Assembly: GCA_934095845.1 (NCBI GenBank)
Contig: CAKOKS010000001.1
Coordinates: forward strand, 5,689-69,688
DNA from: an uncultured Bacilli bacterium
Lineage (GTDB): Bacteria > Bacillota_I > Bacilli_A > RF39 > UBA660
DNA: 64,000 nucleotides
Direction of reading: 5' to 3'
Both the position numbers and the translations under genes were made by a program. Of this stretch, positions 55,161-63,326 are shown in pieces; within the stretch, counting starts at the first letter, position 1; every line of letters starts with the position of its first letter. Under the pieces are notes generated by a model. It was given only the letters and a program-made list of their open reading frames with translations. It searched no databases and had not been told where the DNA came from.

Positions 55161-55877
55161 ATGAAAAATGTAAGTTATGAAAATAAGTTAGTTTTAAGTT
55201 TTATTGATTTTGTATTATTTATAATGAAGTGGATTTCTCTTTCAATATGTGTAGTTATTTCTTCATTAACTATTGGGTTAATAGTTATGAATTTAATTGA
55301 AAATGCTAGTACACCAAGTAATTTCTTTATATCAATGGTATCAGCAATTACATCTTATTCATTTGCTGATGCAAGTACTGTTATTGGGATTATTGGAAAA
55401 ACTAAAGCTTTTATTGGTACAGTTGGTTTAGGTTTTGCTGTTTCAGTTAATTATGCATTACTCTATATGATTACTACAGACTTTAGAGTTGTATTTAAAT
55501 CATTTGCAAATGGTAATATTTATACTAAAGATAATATTTTAATACTTGAACGCATTATACCTAAAACTTTATTACTTGCATTTTTATTACCAATAATTAA
55601 ATTTTTCTTAGTTATAAGTGTAGGAATGTTAGATTTTGCAGATGTTAATGTAAGTGGACTTTTATTTGTGTTTATTGCAGTTATAATTAAAATGCTTCTT
55701 GAAAATGGTTATAATTTAAGTAAAGAACTTGATAAAAAAGATTTAGAGTTATCTGATTTAAAAGCTTCTAAAACTGAAGAAGTTATAGCTGATATGAAAA
55801 AAGACTTAAAAGAAGAAAAAGTTGAAGGGAAAAAAACACATAAGAAAAAAAGATATTATACAAATAAAGCTAAATAG
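55161..55877 (+). CDS. multi-pass membrane protein with Lys-rich C-terminal tail
   Basis: AAGGAAG RBS before the ATG at 55161. Five hydrophobic segments. Confidence 0.6.
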   Translation: MKNVSYENKLVLSFIDFVLFIMKWISLSICVVISSLTIGLIVMNLIENASTPSNFFISMVSAITSYSFADASTVIGIIGKTKAFIGTVGLGFAVSVNYALLYMITTDFRVVFKSFANGNIYTKDNILILERIIPKTLLLAFLLPIIKFFLVISVGMLDFADVNVSGLLFVFIAVIIKMLLENGYNLSKELDKKDLELSDLKASKTEEVIADMKKDLKEEKVEGKKTHKKKRYYTNKAK

Positions 55878-55891
55878 AATTGGAGGACATT

Positions 55892-57514
55892 ATGGAACCT
55901 ATATATGTTTTTGGTCATAAGAATCCAGATACAGATTCTGTATGTGGAGCAATTTCTTATGCTTATTTAAAAAATAAACTTGGGGTTAAAGCAGAGCCAA
56001 GAGTAATTGGAGAAATAAATAAAGAAACTGAATATGTATTAAAATATTTTAAAATTGAAGTTCCACATTATTTAAATGATGTTAAAGTTCAACTTAAAGA
56101 CGTTAATTTTCATAAAAATTATTTACTTAATGAAAATAAACCAATAATTGATGCTTTTAATGTAATGAATTTAAATGCTATAACTGGACTTCCTTTAGTT
56201 GATGATAATAAAAAATTTAAGGGTTATGTTTCTTTGAAAGAAATAGCTGCGGATATGATTTATAATGAAAATTTACTTGTTGATACAAATTTTATTAATT
56301 TAGTAAATGTATTGGATGCAAAAGAATATTTAAAATATGATGATCATATAACTGGATATGCTCATGCAGCAACATTCGATGATGAAACTTTTATAAATAA
56401 TATTGAGCTTGATAAAGAATCAATTTTAATTGTTGGAGATCGTGAGAAGTTAATCGAACATGCTATTAATAAAGGTGTAAAAATGATAATTTTAGTAAAG
56501 AATAGACCTTTATCAAGTAGATTAAAACATCTTGCAGTTAAGAATAAAATAAATGTTATTATTTCACCAAAAAGTTCATTTAAAGTTGCTCGTGTTTTAT
56601 GTTTAGCAAATCCAATTAAAACAATTAAAAGAGGGCAAGAAACAATATACTTTAATGAACAAGATTATTTGACTTATTTCAATGATGAAACAAGTAAACT
56701 AAAACATACTAATTATCCAATTGTTAATAATAAAGGTGTTTGTTTAGGAATGCTTAGAACAATTGATGCACATGAAGTAAAGAGAAAGAAAGTTATTTTA
56801 GTAGATCATAATATGACAAGTCAATCAATTGATGGATTATATGAATCTGAAATACTTGAGATAATAGATCATCATAATATTGGGGATATTAATACAAGTG
56901 CACCAATTAATTTTAGAAATATGTCAGTTGGTTCAGTAAATACAATTATTTATTTAATGTATAAAGAAAATGGAATACGTATACCTCAAAATATAGCAGG
57001 TCTTATGTTAAGTGGTATTATTTCTGATACTCTTTTATTACAAAGCCCAACTACAACTGAACTTGATAAAGTTGTTGCAAGTAATCTAGCTCATACAGCA
57101 AAAGTTAATATGAAAAAATATGGACTTGATATGTTAAGTAGTGGGGTAGATATAAAAGGATTAACTGCTAATGAAATAGTTTATCGTGATTTTAAAACAT
57201 ATAAAATAAATGATCACTCTATGGCAATTGGTCAAGTATTTACAACGGATTATAAAATGTATAAAGAGAGAGAAAATGAATTAGTTGAAGAATTAAATAG
57301 ACTGGCTGCTAATAATTCATTCTCAGTATGTGCATTATTTGTAACAAACTTTTTAACAAATGATTCAAATATATTATATTCTGAAAATTCTAAACGTATT
57401 TTAGAGCAAGCATACAATATAAATGAACTTCATGAAGGTGATGTTATAAAGAATGTTGTATCAAGAAAGAAACAAATGGTTCCATGTATAATGGATGTTG
57501 TTGAACATTTATAG
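55892..57514 (+). CDS. CBS-domain-containing family II (DHH/DHHA2) inorganic pyrophosphatase
   Basis: ..VFGHKNPDTDS.., a CBS pair inserted in the DHH domain, ..LVDHN.., ..DHHNIGD.., and a C-terminal DHHA2 domain. GGAGG RBS. Confidence 0.85.
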   Translation: MEPIYVFGHKNPDTDSVCGAISYAYLKNKLGVKAEPRVIGEINKETEYVLKYFKIEVPHYLNDVKVQLKDVNFHKNYLLNENKPIIDAFNVMNLNAITGLPLVDDNKKFKGYVSLKEIAADMIYNENLLVDTNFINLVNVLDAKEYLKYDDHITGYAHAATFDDETFINNIELDKESILIVGDREKLIEHAINKGVKMIILVKNRPLSSRLKHLAVKNKINVIISPKSSFKVARVLCLANPIKTIKRGQETIYFNEQDYLTYFNDETSKLKHTNYPIVNNKGVCLGMLRTIDAHEVKRKKVILVDHNMTSQSIDGLYESEILEIIDHHNIGDINTSAPINFRNMSVGSVNTIIYLMYKENGIRIPQNIAGLMLSGIISDTLLLQSPTTTELDKVVASNLAHTAKVNMKKYGLDMLSSGVDIKGLTANEIVYRDFKTYKINDHSMAIGQVFTTDYKMYKERENELVEELNRLAANNSFSVCALFVTNFLTNDSNILYSENSKRILEQAYNINELHEGDVIKNVVSRKKQMVPCIMDVVEHL

Positions 57515-57522
57515 GTTATAGT

Positions 57523-57684
57523 ATGGAAGAAAAAGATAAATTAGAAAAACTAAATGAAGTAAATGATCTTGTTAAAGTTGAAGTAAGAAATAGGCATGAA
57601 AGTAAAATAATTTTGATACTTGCTCTTGCAGGAATATTAATACTTATAGTGTTTATTCTTGAACTTCTAGTTTTGAATAAATAG
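57523..57684 (+). CDS. possible 53-aa tail-anchored membrane peptide
   Basis: ATG lies 6 nt after the PPase stop. MEEKDKLEKLNEVNDLVKVEVRNRHESKIILILALAGILILIVFILELLVLNK. Weak RBS. Confidence 0.4.
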   Translation: MEEKDKLEKLNEVNDLVKVEVRNRHESKIILILALAGILILIVFILELLVLNK

Positions 57685-57725
57685 TAATAAAAAACCAATT
57701 TATTAATATAATATAGTAGACAAAT

Positions 57726-57754
57726 TTGATTTTTTTACTTAAATTTGCTATAAT
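57726..57754 (+). promoter_or_regulatory. sigma-A-type promoter with extended -10
   Basis: TTGATT-17 nt-TGcTATAAT. Confidence 0.65.
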
Positions 57755-57759
57755 TAATT

Positions 57760-58264
57760 TGTGTGGTGCATTATGCTAGTCATTACACTATTTGAAGGTA
57801 GGGCTAAAAATCTACCAATTGTACAAATGAGACTTTGTATATTTGCTTCTTCTGCCCAAGTTGGGGTGAATATATGATTTAAAATTTAAGGATACCTCAT
57901 AATGGCATATGAAATATTCCTTTTATTGCCTCACTTATACAAATAATGATTAACGTACATGATGTGAGTGATTGCTAGGGATAATTTTTGAAATAGTAAT
58001 TGCAAAAGCATATAAGAATAGTCACTTATGTTAGGGAAAGCCTCTAGCGTGTATATATTATAGGTATTAAGGTGCGGACTAAGTGGTAATCGAGTAGTTA
58101 GCTTGGCAACAACTAACTGCATTATTTAAAACGAAAGTGCTTTAGGGTAACCGCAAGTATAATGTAGAGAAATTCAACTCGACCAAAGCCGTAAAATTGA
58201 TTTATAATATACCATACAATAAATGACTTTAAATTGGGGGAATGCCAAGTTAAAGTTTTTTTTT
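57760..58264 (+). ncRNA. candidate ~500-nt structured non-coding RNA of unrecognised class
   Basis: Has its own promoter and a strong terminator. No RBS-led ORF. The 5' end 57760-57775 pairs with 58203-58218. Hairpins at 57797-57816, 57820-57841, 57888-57922, 57930-57968 and 58094-58120. Locally raised G+C. Confidence 0.6.
58226..58264 (+). terminator. strong intrinsic terminator
   Basis: ACTTTAA+TTGG / CCAA+TTAAAGT stem (11 bp, one mismatch) followed by T9. Confidence 0.85.
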
Positions 58265-58290
58265 GCAAAATTTTAATATTTAGATATAAT
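58263..58290 (+). promoter_or_regulatory. promoter of the downstream membrane-protein operon
   Basis: TTGCAA-16 nt-TATAAT. Confidence 0.5.
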
Positions 58291-58308
58291 TATAATGGAG
58301 TGTGAAAT

Positions 58309-58827
58309 ATGAAAAAAGATTATTGGATTTTAAAAGTCTTTATAATTACTTTTATTTTATCTATATGTTTTAGTTTTATAACTAATGTAATGAGTGCATC
58401 TTTTAATTCAATTATTTTAATAATAATTCTTTTATGTGTAATCGCTATTGGAATAATTTTTGATATTATTGGTACTTCTTGTATGAGTGCTAATGAATCT
58501 TCATTTCATTCAATTGCAAGTAAGAAAATAAGTGGAGCAAAAGAAGCTATTAATATGCTTAAGAATAGAAATAAAATATCTAGTATTTGTAATGATATTG
58601 TTGGAGATGTATGTGGAATTATTTCTGGTGGTTTAGGAGCTGTTATAGCGATTTCCATTGCATCAACAACTGGTTTAAATAATGTTTTAGTATCAGTTAT
58701 AACTTCAGCAATTGTTTCTTCACTTACTGTTGGTGGTAAAGCTATATTCAAAAATATTGCTATTAAAAATGCTGATAAAATTATTTTTACTGTAGGTAAA
58801 ATAAAACATTTTTTTAGGGTGAAATGA
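58309..58827 (+). CDS. integral membrane protein (weak resemblance to CNNM/DUF21 TM domain)
   Basis: 172 aa with four hydrophobic segments. GGAG RBS. ATGA overlap with the next gene. Confidence 0.6.
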   Translation: MKKDYWILKVFIITFILSICFSFITNVMSASFNSIILIIILLCVIAIGIIFDIIGTSCMSANESSFHSIASKKISGAKEAINMLKNRNKISSICNDIVGDVCGIISGGLGAVIAISIASTTGLNNVLVSVITSAIVSSLTVGGKAIFKNIAIKNADKIIFTVGKIKHFFRVK

Positions 58828-59426
58828 TGAAAAAAAATATTTTGTTAATAAGTGTAATTGCTTTATTTTTTTTAGATCTTTATTTTATATTAAGTGGATA
58901 TTCTAAAACTATAGATTCAAATGTAGCAATTTATTTTGCAAATCACAACAATATTGTTTTAACAAATATATTTAAATTTATATCATTTATTTGTAGTCCT
59001 AAATTTATGATTTTAATAAATGTATGTTTATTTATTTCTATCATTTTAAAAAAGAAATATAAATTATTTTTAATAAATGTTGCTAGTATAACAAGCGTAG
59101 TAGTTAATAATATATTAAAAATTATTATAAAAAGAGAAAGACCTAATTTTTTAGCTTTAGTTAATGAAACAAGTTATTCTTTCCCTTCAGGGCATTCAAT
59201 GATTTCTATTTTATTTTTTGGAAGTATAATTTATTTAGTAAATAAGTATAATATAAAATATAAAAAAACAATAACTATCTTATTAAGTATATTTATTATT
59301 TTAGTTGGATTAAGTAGATTATATTTAGGAGTACATTTTTTAACAGATGTAATTGGCGGATATTTATGTGGTGTTGTTACTTTAATAATTATTATTATGA
59401 TTTTTGAAAGGGTTGATAAAAAATGA
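58824..59426 (+). CDS. PAP2 family phosphatase (undecaprenyl-diphosphatase-like)
   Basis: KRERPNF...SFPSGHS...SRLYLGVHFLTDVIGG. Confidence 0.88.
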   Translation: MMKKNILLISVIALFFLDLYFILSGYSKTIDSNVAIYFANHNNIVLTNIFKFISFICSPKFMILINVCLFISIILKKKYKLFLINVASITSVVVNNILKIIIKRERPNFLALVNETSYSFPSGHSMISILFFGSIIYLVNKYNIKYKKTITILLSIFIILVGLSRLYLGVHFLTDVIGGYLCGVVTLIIIIMIFERVDKK

Positions 59427-60175
59427 AAGCACTTATTACAGGAGCATCAAGTGGTATAGGTAAAGATATGGCGAGATATTTAAGTTCACTTGGATATGAC
59501 TTAATATTAGTTGCTAGAAGAAAAACTTATTTAGAAAACTTAAAAAAAGAATTATCTACTAATGTAAAAATAATACCTTATGATTTAGCAGTTCAAGATA
59601 ATTTAGATAATCTTTGGAATGAAGTCAAAGATGAGGATATAAATTTACTTGTTAATAATGCCGGTTTTGGTTTATTTGGAGAATTTGATAAAACAGATTT
59701 AGACCGAGAATTTGAGATGATTGATGTTAATATTAAGGCTCTTCATTATTTAACAAAGAAATTTTTAATTAAATTTAAAAAAGAAGGTAAAGGAAGAATT
59801 TTGAATGTGGCATCTTCAGCTGGTTTTATGGCTGGACCTAAATTAAGTACTTATTATGCTAGTAAAAATTATGCCTTAAGATTAAGTGAAGCTATTTATG
59901 AAGAATTAAAAGTAGCGAAAAGCAATGTACATATTTCTTGTTTATGTCCAGGACCAGTTGATACAGAATTTAATAAAGTCGCTCATGGAGAATTTCATAC
60001 AAAATCTTTAACAAGTGAATATGTTGCTAAATATGCAATAGATCAAACTTTAAAAAATAAATTATATATAATACCAAGTTTTAGAATGAAAGCAGCAATA
60101 TTTTTAACAAGATTAGTTCCTAGAAAATTACTTTTAAAAATAACTTATCTAATTCAAGATAGAAAAACTAGATAA
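59423..60175 (+). CDS. SDR family oxidoreductase
   Basis: TGASSGIG, NNAG, S..YYASKNYAL. Confidence 0.9.
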   Translation: MKALITGASSGIGKDMARYLSSLGYDLILVARRKTYLENLKKELSTNVKIIPYDLAVQDNLDNLWNEVKDEDINLLVNNAGFGLFGEFDKTDLDREFEMIDVNIKALHYLTKKFLIKFKKEGKGRILNVASSAGFMAGPKLSTYYASKNYALRLSEAIYEELKVAKSNVHISCLCPGPVDTEFNKVAHGEFHTKSLTSEYVAKYAIDQTLKNKLYIIPSFRMKAAIFLTRLVPRKLLLKITYLIQDRKTR

Positions 60176-60255
60176 GTTTTTTTATGTAAAGCAATTAATT
60201 TAATACGTTTAAAACAAAACCATTATGCTATAATTTTAATATAGGAGACGATTAT

Positions 60256-61278
60256 ATGAAATGTGTAAAATTAGTTGATAAAAAAAGTTTAGTAACAGGA
60301 GAAATTGATTATCCTGTTAAAGATGGTAAAAGGGTTGTTATTGAAGTTATAAAAGCAGGAATATGTGGAAGTGATTTACATAATTGGAATAATGGAGAAC
60401 CTAAAGATTTAGTTATGGGTCATGAATTTTCAGGTATTGTAGTTGATCCTGGAAATAGAAAAGATTTGAAAGTAGGAGATCATGTAACTGCTTTACCTAT
60501 TTCTCCATGCAATGAATGCTTTGCATGTAAATCAGGTAATCTTCAATATTGTGCTCATACTTGGGAAAATGCTTTAGGTCTTTCTTTAACAAATCCAGGA
60601 GCTTATTCAGAAGAAATTAGTGTTACACCAGAATGTGTTGTTAAAATGAAAGATAATGTTACTTTTGAAGAAGGTGCAATGGTAGAACCAACTGCTGTTG
60701 GACTTCATGCAATTCATTTAGCAGATATTAAAGTTGGAGATAAAGTTCTTATAATTGGTGGAGGAATAATTGGACTAGTAAGTGCAATGTTTGCTCGTAT
60801 GGAAGGAGCCAGTTTAGTAGTTATATCTGAAACAAATGAAGCAAGAGGAAAGAAAGCCTTAAATTTAAAAGTAGCTGATGAATATATTCATGCTGATGAA
60901 AACTTTATAGCTGAATGTATGAAAAAAACAAATGGTGGATTTGATGTTGTAATAGACTGTTGTGGAAATGAACCAGCAGTTACAAGCGCAATGATGGTAA
61001 CTCGTGCTGGTGGAACTATAGTTCTTGCAGGAGTTGCTGAAAAACCTATAACTATTCCAACTATTATTGGAGTTTTACATGAATTAACGATTAAAGGTTC
61101 AATTGCTTATACTGAAAATGAATTTAAAACATGTGTTGATTTGATTGCTAATAAACGTATTGATGTAATGAAATTTGTTGATAAAGTTGTATCTTTAGAT
61201 GAAGTTCAAAGTGCTTTTGAAGAATTAACAAGTGGGGTGAGTCCTTCTGTTAAAATTTTAATAGATCCTAAAAAATAG
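60256..61278 (+). CDS. zinc-dependent medium-chain alcohol/polyol dehydrogenase
   Basis: CGSDLH, GHEFSG, CNECFACKSG...C (structural zinc), GGGIIG Rossmann motif. Confidence 0.88.
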   Translation: MKCVKLVDKKSLVTGEIDYPVKDGKRVVIEVIKAGICGSDLHNWNNGEPKDLVMGHEFSGIVVDPGNRKDLKVGDHVTALPISPCNECFACKSGNLQYCAHTWENALGLSLTNPGAYSEEISVTPECVVKMKDNVTFEEGAMVEPTAVGLHAIHLADIKVGDKVLIIGGGIIGLVSAMFARMEGASLVVISETNEARGKKALNLKVADEYIHADENFIAECMKKTNGGFDVVIDCCGNEPAVTSAMMVTRAGGTIVLAGVAEKPITIPTIIGVLHELTIKGSIAYTENEFKTCVDLIANKRIDVMKFVDKVVSLDEVQSAFEELTSGVSPSVKILIDPKK

Positions 61279-61295
61279 ACCATTTGGTCTTTTTT
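61277..61295 (+). terminator. intrinsic terminator
   Basis: AGACCA-TT-TGGTCT followed by T6. Confidence 0.6.
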
Positions 61296-61344
61296 GTTTA
61301 CAATTTTTTTCTTTTGTTATATTATATTAAGCGCGGTGATAAAT

Positions 61345-61876
61345 ATGGCTTTAAATAAAGAAATATTTAAATATATTAAGGGTTTTGAAGATTATATAGC
61401 TGAAGCAGATTATAATCCTATAAAAGTTATGGGTTTATTTGATTACTATGAGTTTGATAAAAGTAAATTAGAAGAGGAAAAAAGCGAATTTATTTCTTTT
61501 ATAAAAAGGAATTTTTGTTTTTTAATAAATGTAGTTGGTGATACTTTTTGTATACCTTATTTATCTTTATCAATTTCAAATTGCAAAGATGGAACTTCTT
61601 GGATTCAGTTAACAAATTATGAAAATTTAGTTATTCTAGATAAGTTTTTTTACAATACTTGTATATTATGGTTTAATAGAATTCAATATGTATACGTGTA
61701 TAGAACTTTATGACTATTTTAAAATGTTAATTAAACAAGGCTATAAATTAAATATGTTTTTAGATGGAACTGAATATGTAGAAGGAATTGAAGATTATGC
61801 AGAGTATATTTGTAAAAACGTTTTAGAAATACTTAATTTTAAATTGTGTGAGAATAATTTTGAATTAAAAAAATAG
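61345..61876 (+). pseudogene. hypothetical gene split by a +1 shift in a T7 run (frameshifted or slippage-dependent)
   Basis: ORF 61345-61713 and ORF 61688-61876 overlap. Removing one T from T7 (61645-61651) joins them into one ~177-aa ORF. Confidence 0.5.
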
Positions 61877-61893
61877 GCTAGGCCTATTTTTTT
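61869..61893. terminator. bidirectional intrinsic terminator
   Basis: AAATAGGC-TAG-GCCTATTT flanked by A and T runs. Confidence 0.75.
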
Positions 61894-62654
61894 AGTTTGT
61901 TTACTGTTTCTACTAAATTTTCTTTTCCAAAAGCATTTAGTACTTCAATAGGAACAGCAAATATAATTGTATTTGATTGATCTGATGAAACATCATTTAT
62001 AGTTGCAAGAGTTCTTAAATGAAGTGCTCCTGGACTTTCAGACATAATTTTGGCTGCTTCAGCAAGGTTTTCTGCTGCTTCTTTTTCACCAGTTGATTTA
62101 GTTATAACAGCAAGCTTTTCTCTTTCAGCTTCAGCAACTCTTGCAATTACTCTTTGCATTTCTGCAGGTAATTTAACGTCTTTAAGTTCAACGTTTTCAA
62201 CTTTAATTCCCCAAGGATCAGTTGCTTCGTCAATAATCTTACAAATTTCTTCACTAATTTTATCTCTTCTAGCAAGAAGTTCATCTAATGAAACAGCACC
62301 AACAGCATTACGCATTGTTGTTTGAGCTAATTGAGAAACTGCATATTGAAATCTTTCAACAGCTATAACCGCTTTAGCAGCATCAAATACTTTATAATAA
62401 ATAACAGCATTGATTCTTATAGATACATTATCTTTAGTTATAGCATCTTGTTCAGGAACATCTACAGCTTTAGTTCTTATATCAACTTTTGAAACTGTAT
62501 TAATAATTGGCCAAACAAGGTTCCAACCAGGCATAAGTATTTTACTGAATTTACCACAAGTAAATAAAATACCCCTTTCATACTCATTAATTTGTCTAAT
62601 TGAACTTAAAATTAAAACAACTATAATTCCAATTATAATAAATAAAATATACAT
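61884..62654 (-). CDS. SPFH/band-7 (stomatin/prohibitin-like) membrane protein
   Basis: N-terminal TM helix. ..EYERGILFTCGKF...GWNLVWPI....VDIRT...V..Q...TKDNV.... AGGAGG RBS before the ATG at 62654. Confidence 0.88.
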   Translation of the reverse strand: MYILFIIIGIIVVLILSSIRQINEYERGILFTCGKFSKILMPGWNLVWPIINTVSKVDIRTKAVDVPEQDAITKDNVSIRINAVIYYKVFDAAKAVIAVERFQYAVSQLAQTTMRNAVGAVSLDELLARRDKISEEICKIIDEATDPWGIKVENVELKDVKLPAEMQRVIARVAEAEREKLAVITKSTGEKEAAENLAEAAKIMSESPGALHLRTLATINDVSSDQSNTIIFAVPIEVLNAFGKENLVETVNKLKK

Positions 62655-62758
62655 AAAATCCTCCTTGATTATATTGTATAACTTAAGTGTCAAAAATACA
62701 ACAAACATTGACTTTTATGCTATGGTGAATTAATATTTAATTAGAAGGGTGTGTTAAT

Positions 62759-63325
62759 GTGAATAATAGCAAAATTTATAAACTTATTTGTTCAACAGCT
62801 ATATTTTTATTAGGAATGATTTATTTGTCTTTTCCAACATATTATGGAATATCAGAAATGAGTAAAATAGAAACAGGTAATCTATTTATTAGTTTTACAA
62901 TTATATATTCTCTTTTAAATTTAGCAATTTACTTTATCAATAGGGATGAAAATGGTGATAATCTAATTATATCTATAATGACTTTGATAACTTGTTTTAT
63001 ATCTTATTTTTTACCATATTTTATGAATGGTTTTTTAGTAGTTCCAATTAGTATTATGATTCTTTTATTTTTAATTACTTCATATAGAGTAGTTGAAATA
63101 TTTAGAATGAAAGAAGAAAAAGACAATTATTATTTGGTAGAAATAATCCTTATAATTATTTTAAATTGTTTTGGTATAATTTTATCTTTTAATATGTTAA
63201 ATGATTATGTATTGCAAACAATTATGTTGGGTTTTATAATATCTATATTTGGTATGTATGACTTTGTAAATGTTAGTTTTAGAGAAGTAATGCATAACAA
63301 AAAATTTGTAAAAGGAATTAAATAA
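62759..63325 (+). CDS. multi-pass membrane protein
   Basis: 188-aa ORF with a GTG start and five or six hydrophobic segments. Confidence 0.55.
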   Translation: MNNSKIYKLICSTAIFLLGMIYLSFPTYYGISEMSKIETGNLFISFTIIYSLLNLAIYFINRDENGDNLIISIMTLITCFISYFLPYFMNGFLVVPISIMILLFLITSYRVVEIFRMKEEKDNYYLVEIILIIILNCFGIILSFNMLNDYVLQTIMLGFIISIFGMYDFVNVSFREVMHNKKFVKGIK

Positions 63326-63326
63326 T

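Noticed and set aside
57773-57877. 34-codon + strand ORF (MLVITLFEGRAKNLPIVQMRLCIFASSAQVGVNI) at the 5' end of the candidate RNA.
   Set aside because: It has no convincing Shine-Dalgarno sequence (only GTGGTG 4 nt upstream) and no TM or other peptide features. It overlaps predicted helices. I kept it only as a caveat.
57931-58122. 63-aa minus-strand ORF inside the candidate large RNA.
   Set aside because: It has no RBS or promoter context, its composition is odd, and it lies in a region better explained by RNA structure on the + strand.
57760-58264. Identity of the large RNA as RNase P RNA, tmRNA, SRP RNA, 6S RNA, a T-box leader or a group II intron (it starts GUGUG).
   Set aside because: The universal motifs are absent: GAGGAAAGUCC, a tRNA-like ..CCACCA end, GGAAGCAGC, 6S-type end-to-end pairing with a central bubble, the AGGGUGGUACCGCG T-box, and a domain 5 hairpin. 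The GGGTAACCGCAAG at about 58145 only superficially recalls a T-box and lies about 110 nt from the terminator. The downstream gene has its own promoter.
62050-62733. Two + strand ORFs (91 and 107 aa) inside the SPFH gene region.
   Set aside because: They are antisense shadows of a well-supported SPFH/band-7 gene. The 91-aa one is Ala/Ser-rich, typical of the complement of a Glu/Ala-rich coding region.
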